Of a DNA stretch of 43,587 nucleotides, positions 36,354 to 43,587 are shown in pieces. The notes beneath the pieces were generated by a model, which saw nothing but the letters and a program-made list of their open reading frames with translations, was not told where the DNA came from and made no database searches. Numbering within the stretch: position 1 is the stretch's first letter; the number at the start of each line of letters is the position of its first letter. Source of the DNA: a virus (taxonomy: Duplodnaviria; Caudoviricetes); the IMG/VR virus record IMGVR_UViG_3300012942_000015, positions 1 to 43,587 of that record; one strand, given 5' to 3'. The position numbers and the translations under genes were made by a program.

Positions 36354-36921
36354 ACGCCGTCACGCACTCCGGATGATTCGGATCCGGCAACGTGATGTGG
36401 AAGCAGATCTCGGGGAAGCATGACGTGTCGACGCGCACACCGTTGATCGTGGTACCGCTGTTCGCCTGACTTCCAGGAGGGCAGGTCACTGGCTGCTGCG
36501 GGGCGCTCGAATCGCTCGAGTCGCTCGACCCCGAACCGTCATCGCGCTCATCTGCGGCCTGATCCTGAGCCGCCTCCGCGGCCGCGGCGGCCGCAGCATC
36601 CTCCGCGGCCTTCTTCGCTGCTGCAGCCGCAGCAGCTTCCTCGGCAGCTTTCTTCTTCGCGGCCGCTTCCTGCTCGGCGAGCACACCAGCTTGAACCGAC
36701 GACGTCGCCAACGCCTGATCGCGGACACCGTCAGCACGCACCAGCGTCGACGCATCTCTCGCCGCGGCCGTGCGCTGCACCTCAACCTGGTGCGCCTGCG
36801 CGGCCGCGTCTGAAAGCGTCGTCGCCGCCACCACACCGCCGACAACGAACGCGCCGGCGATCGTCCACGCGATCGCCAGCCGTGCCGCCGTCCTCTTCTT
36901 CGATTCCCCGGTGTCGGACAT
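36343..36921 (-). CDS. Membrane-anchored Ala-rich exported protein, leaderless
   Basis: TAAGGT 6 nt before the ATG at 36921; TM segment, Ala/Lys/Glu stalk, four-Cys C-terminal domain. Confidence 0.8.
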   Translation of the reverse strand: MSDTGESKKRTAARLAIAWTIAGAFVVGGVVAATTLSDAAAQAHQVEVQRTAAARDASTLVRADGVRDQALATSSVQAGVLAEQEAAAKKKAAEEAAAAAAAKKAAEDAAAAAAAEAAQDQAADERDDGSGSSDSSDSSAPQQPVTCPPGSQANSGTTINGVRVDTSCFPEICFHITLPDPNHPECVTAFKP

Positions 36922-36995
36922 GCCCACACCTTAAACACACCCTCCGTCCTTTTAAAACCCCACGTGCCCCGAAATGGGGCGGTTAGGAGCATCAC

Positions 36996-37592
36996 ATGGC
37001 AGAGAACGGGCGGCTGAACACCGCCACCCTCGTGCCCGCCTACAACGGCGCACCCGGGCAACTGCTCGAACCACAGACCGCTGCGCAATGGGCATGGATG
37101 TGCCGCGAAGCCGCCGACGCGGCAGTGCACCTCGCACCCGAGCCCGACGACGGTGTGCCGTCCTGCTACCGCGACTACGCCGGACAGCAGGCCGCATGGG
37201 CGATCTACCAGCGCAACGGATCCCCAACCGCAGCCATCCCCGGCACGTCGAACCACGGCCTCGGCACCGCGATCGACATCGCCCTCACCCCGTCCGTGAC
37301 CGCATGGCTGGCACCCAACGCCAGCCGCTACGGCTTCGCGTTCGACGTCCCCGGCGAGCCCTGGCACGCTCACCGGATCAAGACGATCCAAGTGCCAACA
37401 ACCATCGCATCAGGAGAAGAGGAAGTCATGCGATTCGTGAAGATCCAGGGCAAGACCGGCGCACGCCGAGGAGGCACCTACGCCATCCACAACGGGGTGG
37501 CCACGTTCCTCGGCAACGCACCCGCCGACGTCGAGATCACCGACGAGGCCGCCATTGTCGCCCTCCAGGGCGTCGTCTCCGGCCTCCGCTGA
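36996..37592 (+). CDS. Endolysin, peptidase M15 (VanY-like)
   Basis: YRDYAGQ, PGTSNHGLGTAID (SxHxxGxAxD) and EPWH. Confidence 0.92.
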   Translation: MAENGRLNTATLVPAYNGAPGQLLEPQTAAQWAWMCREAADAAVHLAPEPDDGVPSCYRDYAGQQAAWAIYQRNGSPTAAIPGTSNHGLGTAIDIALTPSVTAWLAPNASRYGFAFDVPGEPWHAHRIKTIQVPTTIASGEEEVMRFVKIQGKTGARRGGTYAIHNGVATFLGNAPADVEITDEAAIVALQGVVSGLR

Positions 37593-37659
37593 TCAACTCG
37601 TGTGCCCGCACCGACGCGCAGGCGCGGGCACACGCGCCGACTCGACGAAACGGACACCA

Positions 37660-37803
37660 ATGCACGCCATCCTCCACTGGCTGCAACTCATCGGCATCGG
37701 CGCGCTCGCCGCGGTCGCGTGCGTGCTCTACGGCTGGTTCGTCGCTCCCTACCTGGCGTTGTGGCTGCTCTTCACCGGGCTGACCACAGGCGCCGGAATG
37801 TGA
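37660..37803 (+). CDS. Small membrane protein
   Basis: 47 aa, almost entirely hydrophobic; in the lysis cassette. Confidence 0.55.
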   Translation: MHAILHWLQLIGIGALAAVACVLYGWFVAPYLALWLLFTGLTTGAGM

Positions 37804-37809
37804 GGCCGC

Positions 37810-38322
37810 ATGGACATACCTCAATGGCTCAGCAACACGATCGGGGACGTCGACCTCTCCACGATCATCGTGTGGATCACGATCGCCACCCTGATCTTCA
37901 TCGGCATCCGGCGGGCATGGCCGGCACTGCGCACGATCGTGAAGGCCGCCGACCTGTGGGCGCAACTCGGCCCGTTCATGACGGACACGACCGCGACGAT
38001 CGAGAAGCTGCGCCGCCAGGTCGAGAACGACCACCAGACCAATCTCCGCGACGAACTGACTTCTGCGCTCGAGCAGCTGCACGAGCTGCGCACCTCCGTC
38101 GACGGAATGCACGGCCGCATGGACTCCGTCGAAGCATCCAACGAACGCCAGGAGCAAGCCATCGGCGAAGTCCGCGACGACGTCGGAGATCTTCGCGGGG
38201 TCGTTGTCGTCGTGCAGGAAAAGCTCACCAACGATCACCAACGCCTCAACACTCTCGAAGACACCCTGCCCGCCGACCAGGCGCGGCAACTCACCCAAGG
38301 AGATACCTCATCTCATGACTGA
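37810..38322 (+). CDS. Lysis-cassette membrane protein with coiled coil (DUF2746-like)
   Basis: N-terminal TM; QVENDHQTNLRDEL motif. Confidence 0.75.
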   Translation: MDIPQWLSNTIGDVDLSTIIVWITIATLIFIGIRRAWPALRTIVKAADLWAQLGPFMTDTTATIEKLRRQVENDHQTNLRDELTSALEQLHELRTSVDGMHGRMDSVEASNERQEQAIGEVRDDVGDLRGVVVVVQEKLTNDHQRLNTLEDTLPADQARQLTQGDTSSHD

Positions 38323-38833
38323 CACCATCACCACCAGCACCTGGTGGAAAGCCGCCGGCATGCGCGCGCTGCGCACCGCCGTCGTCATCGCGGTCCCGTA
38401 CATCGGCGGCGCATCACTGCTCGGCATCCCGTGGCTCTCCGTCGCCTCCGCGGTCGTCCTCGGCGGCATCCTTTCGCTGCTCACCTCGCTCGCCGGCATC
38501 GCCGAAACGAGCGGCAGCAGTGTTCCGGTCTGGCTCGCCCTCCTCGAGCGCGTCACCAAGACCGCTGCACAGTCGCTTGTTGCCGGCGTCGGCACTGCCG
38601 TGTTCGTCACCGACGTCGACTGGGCGCAAGTCCTCCAGGCGGCCGCGCTCGCGTCCCTTGGCTCACTCCTGATCGGCGTCCTCGGCTACCTCCCCGAAGC
38701 GAACGCACCCGTGCAGCCCACGCCAATCGCACCGGTCGTGACGACCCCGACAGTCATCCCGTCGACGGACGTCGCACCGACCACGCCGGCAGATCCGGAC
38801 CAGGCAGCTGCCGGCACCCCGCCCAGCGCGTAA
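38315..38833 (+). CDS. Holin with two r1t-like domains
   Basis: WWKAAGMRALRT...LSLLTSLAG and ERVTKTAAQ...VDW...SLL; AAGGAG RBS. Confidence 0.85.
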   Translation: MTDTITTSTWWKAAGMRALRTAVVIAVPYIGGASLLGIPWLSVASAVVLGGILSLLTSLAGIAETSGSSVPVWLALLERVTKTAAQSLVAGVGTAVFVTDVDWAQVLQAAALASLGSLLIGVLGYLPEANAPVQPTPIAPVVTTPTVIPSTDVAPTTPADPDQAAAGTPPSA

Positions 38834-38860
38834 TAGCCGTAACGAAACAGGGAGAGATAG

Positions 38861-39211
38861 ATGTCTGGATTGAGTGCTGCCGCTCTGGCTGTGGGCGGCG
38901 CGGCGATCGCCGCGGATGCGAAGTACCTGCAGCTGCATTCGGCTGCACCTGGGTCAGACGGCACCGGCAGTGAGACGGGTTCACGCACGGCGTGCACGTG
39001 GGAGTCGGACGCGTCCGGCAACCTCAGCCTGTCGGCAGCGGTCGCGTTCACCGGCCTGACGGCGTCCGGTGCGGTCACGCACGTGACGGCATGGTCTGCC
39101 GAGTCCGCGGGCACGTGCCTGGGGGTGTGGGCGCTGACCGGTGATCAGGCCGCGAATGCGGCCGGGCAGTACACGGTCGACAGCCTGAGCAACACCGCCT
39201 CCGCCAGCTGA
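38861..39211 (+). CDS. Putative tail fibre-associated protein
   Basis: YLQLHSAAPGSDG...VTHVTAW.AES.GT pattern. Confidence 0.7.
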   Translation: MSGLSAAALAVGGAAIAADAKYLQLHSAAPGSDGTGSETGSRTACTWESDASGNLSLSAAVAFTGLTASGAVTHVTAWSAESAGTCLGVWALTGDQAANAAGQYTVDSLSNTASAS

Positions 39212-39222
39212 AGGACCCGCTG

Positions 39223-40629
39223 ATGGCTTACCCGGCCCCGGTGGTCGCGTGGGCGGCCGACGAAGGCACCGGAACCACCGTCGCGGACTATTCCGGGAAT
39301 GGTCACACCGGCAATGTGCAAGGCGCTGTCGCGTGGGTCGCCGGTCATCCTCCGCACACGTACGCGACTCAGGGTGAGGCGGGCAACGCGCCGGCGATCT
39401 GGTTGGAAGGCGTCAGCCTGTTCTCCGGGTCGAAGACCGCGACGCTGATGTGTTGGGTGAAAGCAGTCAGCTACACCGGCACCGGCGACCTGATCGAGAT
39501 CCGGTCCACGCTGGATGACTCGACCACGGCGTTCACGATCTTCCGGCCCTCGAAGACGACGCTGCAGACCGAGGTTCACGACTCCAACGGCACGAACACC
39601 GACACGGCCCCGGTGACGGTGACGACGACAGGCGTGTGGAATCACATCGCCGCGGTCCTGTCAGAAACTTCGTTGGTGCTGTACGTGAACGGCACACAGG
39701 TTGCATCCCAACCGGTGGCCGGCACCGGCGACCTCGGTGATGTGAAGTACTTCTACGCCGGCGGCACGAACACGAAGTACAACCAGGGCGCCGTCAACGA
39801 CGTGCGCCTCTTCGATGTCGCATTGTCGGCGGCGGATGTCGCCCACTTCATGGACACGCCCGCGAACGGTGTGCCTGAGGGTTCCGGGACTGGTTCGTAC
39901 GGCTTCGCGGGTGCCGCGTCGGGGTCGCGAGCCTCGCACGGTGCCGCGACCGGTGCGGTGGCCTTCGCCGGTGTGGCGTCGGGCAGCACGGCCATGCATG
40001 GCACGAGCTCGGGCAGTCTCGACTATGAGGGGTCCGCGTCCGGGCGACTGTCACCGCGTGGTGCCGCTGCTGATGCGGTCGTGTTCGAGGGTTCAGCGTC
40101 GGGGAGCGAGGATCCTGCCGGGACCGCATCCGGTGACATGGCATGGTCCGGCACTGCGTCGGGTCATGCACCGTCCCTCACGGAGTCGCACGGTCACGCG
40201 ACCGGCAGCTACGCATTCGACGGTGCAGCATCCGGGTCCACGCAGCGACACGGGAGCGCATCAGGCGTGTTCACCTACGAGGGTGGGGCGGCAGGTCACC
40301 TGGACACTCACGGTGCCGCACACGGCGACCTCGCCTATGTGGGCACCGCTTCCGGGCACGCGCCCTCGGTCGGTGTCCCGCACGGTGATGGTGTAGGCGT
40401 CTACCAGTACGTCGGCGCAGCTGCCGGTGCGACCGACATGCACGGTGCTGCGTCCGGGGTATTCGCCTACGCGGGGTCCGCGCATGGTCGCTCATCGTCG
40501 GCTCCCGCATTCCCACCCGTACGGACGCTCACGGGCACACCGATCGCGCTCACGCTCACCGGCACACCCGTCGAGCACACCCTGGCTGGCACCCCGCAAC
40601 CTCACACTCTGAAAGGTCGTGTCCCGTGA
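39223..40629 (+). CDS. LamG/concanavalin-like domain protein with Gly/Ala/Ser repeats (probable fibre)
   Basis: DEGTGTTVADYSGNG...WNHIAAV...LYVNG...DVRLFDVALS, then ~15-aa repeats. Confidence 0.85.
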   Translation: MAYPAPVVAWAADEGTGTTVADYSGNGHTGNVQGAVAWVAGHPPHTYATQGEAGNAPAIWLEGVSLFSGSKTATLMCWVKAVSYTGTGDLIEIRSTLDDSTTAFTIFRPSKTTLQTEVHDSNGTNTDTAPVTVTTTGVWNHIAAVLSETSLVLYVNGTQVASQPVAGTGDLGDVKYFYAGGTNTKYNQGAVNDVRLFDVALSAADVAHFMDTPANGVPEGSGTGSYGFAGAASGSRASHGAATGAVAFAGVASGSTAMHGTSSGSLDYEGSASGRLSPRGAAADAVVFEGSASGSEDPAGTASGDMAWSGTASGHAPSLTESHGHATGSYAFDGAASGSTQRHGSASGVFTYEGGAAGHLDTHGAAHGDLAYVGTASGHAPSVGVPHGDGVGVYQYVGAAAGATDMHGAASGVFAYAGSAHGRSSSAPAFPPVRTLTGTPIALTLTGTPVEHTLAGTPQPHTLKGRVP

Positions 40630-40913
40630 GCATCAGCGTCAAGCATGGCGACAAGTACCCGATCCAGTTCGTCGTCAATGCGGACCTCACCGGAGCGACC
40701 GTGAGGCTCCTCGCGAAGCCGAACGGGGGAGACACGCTCGTCCTCGACTCCACGATCCCGGACCCGGCCGGCGGGGTCGTGGAGCACATGCTCACCGGCG
40801 AGCTCGACGTCGGCGACTACCGAATCGAAGTCGAAGCAACCCGCGACGGCGAGGTCATCACGTTCCCGAACACCGGCACCGAGTCGCTGCACGTCGAAGC
40901 CGACCTCGGCTGA
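40626..40913 (+). CDS. BppU N-terminal-like protein
   Basis: VKHGD...DLTGATV...GDYRIEVE...TFP. Confidence 0.7.
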   Translation: MSISVKHGDKYPIQFVVNADLTGATVRLLAKPNGGDTLVLDSTIPDPAGGVVEHMLTGELDVGDYRIEVEATRDGEVITFPNTGTESLHVEADLG

Positions 40914-40922
40914 ACGAACTAC

Positions 40923-40966
40923 AAGCGCCCCCGCTCCACCTCGCAAGAGGGGAGCGGGGGCGCTTT
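40923..40966 (+). terminator. Terminator at the end of the late operon
   Basis: AAGCGCCCCCGCTCC...GGAGCGGGGGCGCTT long stem with GCAA loop. Confidence 0.8.
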
Positions 40967-40992
40967 CGACGTTTCGGGCTACGCTGACGCGC

Positions 40993-41214
40993 ATGTGCGG
41001 GCGTTTCGCGATGAACGAAGAGGTCGACGAGCTCATCAAGGAGTACGTCGCCTCGGGCGGCGACTACCGGGACCGGCGGCCGTCATACTCGCTAGCGCCC
41101 ACGGATCCGGCACTGATCGTGCGGGAGCGCACCGACCAGGGCACGGGGGAGCTGCGCCGCACGGTCGACGAGGCGGCATGGACTCCGGTGGTCGGTGCCG
41201 TTCCTTGTATCTAG
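40993..41214 (+). pseudogene. Truncated SRAP (YedK/HMCES-like) gene
   Basis: MCGRF start and SYSLAPTD motif; stops at 73 aa; TACGCT 7 nt before the ATG. Confidence 0.8.
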
Positions 41215-41361
41215 GCCGATTGTTGCTGCGCGGGCGACTGTCCAGTGTGATCGACATCATCTTCGACCCGGCGAACATCATCGTCGCCGCCGCGGCCTTA
41301 CTCCAAATGGCTCGTAGGATCGACGCTCGGCGCGATGAAGTACAGCGATACCGTCGGCCGC

Positions 41362-41553
41362 CTACCGCTCGAGCTCGACATGCTCCACGAGCAGATCCCA
41401 ATCCGACCACGAGATCGTGCATGCACTCGGCACACCGTCACGCAGCACCGACACGGCGACACCATCGGGCACGACCCCCACGCCGAGCGTGCGCTCGCCG
41501 ACTGCCGGATCGTCGTGCGATGGAGCCTGCGAGAAGTGCAACCAGCCAGACAT
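41362..41553 (-). CDS. 63-aa hypothetical protein, leaderless
   Basis: TAGGCT 7 nt before the ATG; MSGWLHFSQAP...WSDWDLLVEHVELER. Confidence 0.6.
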   Translation of the reverse strand: MSGWLHFSQAPSHDDPAVGERTLGVGVVPDGVAVSVLRDGVPSACTISWSDWDLLVEHVELER

Positions 41554-41614
41554 ACGGCGCAGCCTAACGCTCGGTTGCTGCACCACCGGTCCCTGGTTTT
41601 GTTGACGGGCAATT

Positions 41615-41636
41615 GACTGAGAGCCGGTTCTCAGTC
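41615..41636. terminator. Hairpin closing the integrase/cassette operon
   Basis: GACTGAGA-N6-TCTCAGTC overlapping the stop codon at 41631. Confidence 0.45.
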
Positions 41637-41921
41637 CGAATCCCGCGTGTATCCGCGGATATCTTTCTTGATCGATGACCCTGAATTGTCCGATACAGGG
41701 CGGTGGTACATGCGCCACCCTGTTCCCTCTTCGCGGGCGAGGCACCACGAGCAGAGACGGATCCGCGCGAACGGTGGCGCGCCGAAGTCGCGGCATGCTT
41801 CGTCGCTGGGGAAGTACGTCACCACGAGCACGCGATCGCCAGGGTTGATCTGGCATGGGTGAGCGAATTCCGCCGAACACGTTCCTGCCTTGCGCGACTT
41901 CACGATCTTCGTGCTGCTCAT
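41631..41921 (-). CDS. Cassette gene 4, small Cys-containing protein
   Basis: MSSTKIVKSRKAGTC...INPGD...LCSWC; ATGA overlap and GGGAG RBS. Confidence 0.75.
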   Translation of the reverse strand: MSSTKIVKSRKAGTCSAEFAHPCQINPGDRVLVVTYFPSDEACRDFGAPPFARIRLCSWCLAREEGTGWRMYHRPVSDNSGSSIKKDIRGYTRDSD

Positions 41922-42241
41922 GGCTCGCTCCCTGAATTCGGCGATACCGGGACGAGCTCGAACCACGCGCCGCACTCGCATGCGTGCGCGTCGCCGTGGT
42001 CTTGCGGCGCGCAGCAGACGTGCGTGTGACCCACGTCGACGAGACTGTCGATCGTCGCGCCGCACTCGGGCGCGATGATCTCACCGTCGAGCATCAGCCG
42101 TTCGGCGACCTCTTGCAGCAGCTCGAGCACGTCGGCGTTGCTCCACGTGCTCGGCTCGGGGTTGTCCTCGTTCGCGTAGATCGTCTGCTCGACATATCCA
42201 AGCGCGTCGAGCCGTGCCTCGTCGGGTGTTGCGTTGCTCAT
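41918..42241 (-). CDS. Cassette gene 3, with Cys/His-rich C-terminus
   Basis: ATGA overlaps; CGA...HVC...H...HACECG; paralog remnant at 15803. Confidence 0.8.
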   Translation of the reverse strand: MSNATPDEARLDALGYVEQTIYANEDNPEPSTWSNADVLELLQEVAERLMLDGEIIAPECGATIDSLVDVGHTHVCCAPQDHGDAHACECGAWFELVPVSPNSGSEP

Positions 42242-42438
42242 TGCTCGCTCCCTGAATTCGATGATTCGTGGTCACGGAAGTCTCGACGCGCGGCGGCAGA
42301 CGCGACCTCGTAGGCGCCGACGTTGCCGTAGCGTGCACGCATCGCGTGGCCGGCGATCCAGCCGCACGAGCAGCGCGGCTGGTAGTAGACAGTGCGCCCG
42401 AATATTGTTGCCGTCGTGCGGTCCTCGTGCTCGCTCAT
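42238..42438 (-). CDS. Cassette gene 2, CSCGW-type small protein
   Basis: ATGA overlaps; YQPRCSCGW...H. Confidence 0.75.
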   Translation of the reverse strand: MSEHEDRTTATIFGRTVYYQPRCSCGWIAGHAMRARYGNVGAYEVASAAARRDFRDHESSNSGSEQ

Positions 42439-42569
42439 CGCTCCCTACCCGAATTCGATGATTCGTGGCACGAGCAGTTGCACGCGGCATCCCTGCAGCG
42501 CTCGTGCTCGTCGTACCCCTTGCGGGCGCCGACGCACTCGTCGGAGATCCACCATGTGTCGATGCTCAT
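42435..42569 (-). CDS. Cassette gene 1, 44-aa Cys-rich protein
   Basis: ATG overlaps the integrase stop; C...H..C....CNCSCH. Confidence 0.7.
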   Translation of the reverse strand: MSIDTWWISDECVGARKGYDEHERCRDAACNCSCHESSNSGRER

Positions 42570-43387
42570 GCTGCAACGCGCTCTCTGATGTCGAACGGGT
42601 CGGCGAATGCCGTGCCGTCCGCGGCTGCGATGACGGCGCGGAGGCTGGTGTGCAGGTAGCGCTCGGTCGTCGCGAGCGACGAGTGGCCGAGGAGTTCTTG
42701 CACGGCGCGCAGGTCGCGGGTGGCCTCGTACGCTGCGGTCGCGGCCGCGTGCCGGAGCGCGTGCGGGTTGAACCCTGTGCGCGCCTGGATCTTCTTCTCG
42801 ATCGTGCTCTGATGAAGGTGCCCACCGAACTTGCCGGGCAGGTAATAGTCGGTGCCGCGCTTTTCGAGCTCGGCGACGACCGGCATCCACGTCCCATTAA
42901 TAGGGACATTGCGTGTGCGGCCGCCCTTGCCGGTGACGCGGAAGATGCGTCCGACGCGATGCTTCGGTCGAAGCGTGGCGATCTCGGACAGTCGCAGCCC
43001 GCCCATTCGGCCGGCGAGGATCATGTGCCTCTCCTCGAGCGGGGCGCCGACGAGGCCGAGCTGCACGCCCTCGTCCGTAGCTAGCAGCGGCACGCTTTTC
43101 GGGATCCGCACGGAGTCGAGCTCCGCTGCGGGGTCCGACGCGATGTAGCCGCGCTTGTGCGCCCACTTGTAATAGGAGCGGAACGCGGTCCGGTACGACT
43201 TGATCGTCTCCGGTGCCCGGCCGAGCCGCTCTGTCTGGTCGGCGAGGAACGCCTCGAGGTCATCGATCGTCACCCCGTGCAGCTCGCCGACGAAGCGTTC
43301 AAGGCTTCGCAGTTTCGAGAGATAGATGCCGACCGTGCCGGCCGCCGTCCTGGTCGAAAGCAGATGTCTCCTGTATTCCTCAATCAC
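42566..43387 (-). CDS. int: Tyrosine integrase, short form without an evident arm-binding domain
   Basis: GLRLSE (R), GKGG (K), HALRH, LLGH and TERY catalytic motifs; 273 aa; ends RERVAA. Confidence 0.95.
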   Translation of the reverse strand: MIEEYRRHLLSTRTAAGTVGIYLSKLRSLERFVGELHGVTIDDLEAFLADQTERLGRAPETIKSYRTAFRSYYKWAHKRGYIASDPAAELDSVRIPKSVPLLATDEGVQLGLVGAPLEERHMILAGRMGGLRLSEIATLRPKHRVGRIFRVTGKGGRTRNVPINGTWMPVVAELEKRGTDYYLPGKFGGHLHQSTIEKKIQARTGFNPHALRHAAATAAYEATRDLRAVQELLGHSSLATTERYLHTSLRAVIAAADGTAFADPFDIRERVAA

Positions 43388-43424
43388 GCGATGAAGCCCC
43401 TCGTTTTCCCGAATGGATTCGACG

Positions 43425-43587
43425 TTAGAGCGCGACGGGAAGCGTCGTCACGACCGCGTTGTGGGACTCGTGGACGCTCGTCTCGGAATGGGAGTCTGGC
43501 CGGTGTGCCTCCGTGATCGACGTCACTCGCGCCAGCACGCCGCTCCGGAAACCGGCAGGTTCTTGGTTCGAGTCCAAGTGGGGGAGC
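43425..43587 (-). CDS. Repressor 3' part, including the 41-aa tail beyond attP
   Basis: ...EPAG-FRSGVLARVTSITEAHRPDSHSETSVHESHNAVVTTLPVAL* with TAA at 43427-43425. Confidence 0.85.
   Translation of the reverse strand, partial: LPHLDSNQEPAGFRSGVLARVTSITEAHRPDSHSETSVHESHNAVVTTLPVAL
43465..43587. repeat. Right copy of the 123-bp terminal direct repeat
   Basis: Identical to 1-123. Confidence 0.95.

Larger units (their letters stand above)
41680..42467. repeat. Four 20-bp imperfect palindromes (7-6-7), one near the 3' end of each small gene
   Basis: 41680 CCTGAAT-TGTCCG-ATACAGG; 41931 CCTGAAT-TCGGCG-ATACCGG; 42251 CCTGAAT-TCGATG-ATTCGTG; 42448 CCCGAAT-TCGATG-ATTCGTG. Confidence 0.85.
1..43587. 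mobile_element. Complete temperate actinobacteriophage (siphovirus), circular form with intact attP
   Basis: Terminase, portal, capsid, tail, tape measure, lysis, replication, repressor and integrase genes all present; no host genes; ends overlap. Confidence 0.95.

Noticed and set aside
41680-42467. CRISPR array or classical integron attC sites
   Set aside because: Repeats are degenerate and separated by whole genes; no cas genes; no RYYYAAC/GTTRRRY boxes.

Overview
The window is an apparently complete, circularly assembled ~43.5 kb temperate siphovirus of a high-GC actinobacterium (Microbacteriaceae-like host is an inference). Bases 1-123 repeat exactly at 43465-43587. Gene order: immunity switch, early/replication operon (0.5-15.8 kb), HNH/terminase, head, tail and lysis genes (18-41 kb), then a minus-strand tyrosine integrase with small downstream genes. 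Main observations: (1) the Xre repressor, missing from the ORF track because it crosses the contig ends, contains attP (3' half of a probable tRNA-Asn), so integration should truncate it and remove a C-terminal degron-like tail; (2) a perfect 34-bp inverted repeat flanks two alternative C-termini of a tail protein, with no invertase nearby; (3) four small genes directly downstream of the integrase each end in a conserved 7-6-7 imperfect palindrome, resembling an integron-like cassette array, and a decayed copy of one of these genes lies 26 kb away; (4) three antisense genes in the early operon are spanned on the plus strand by an unbroken chain of stop/start-coupled ORFs. All protein calls come from motif recognition and synteny; no database searches were run.
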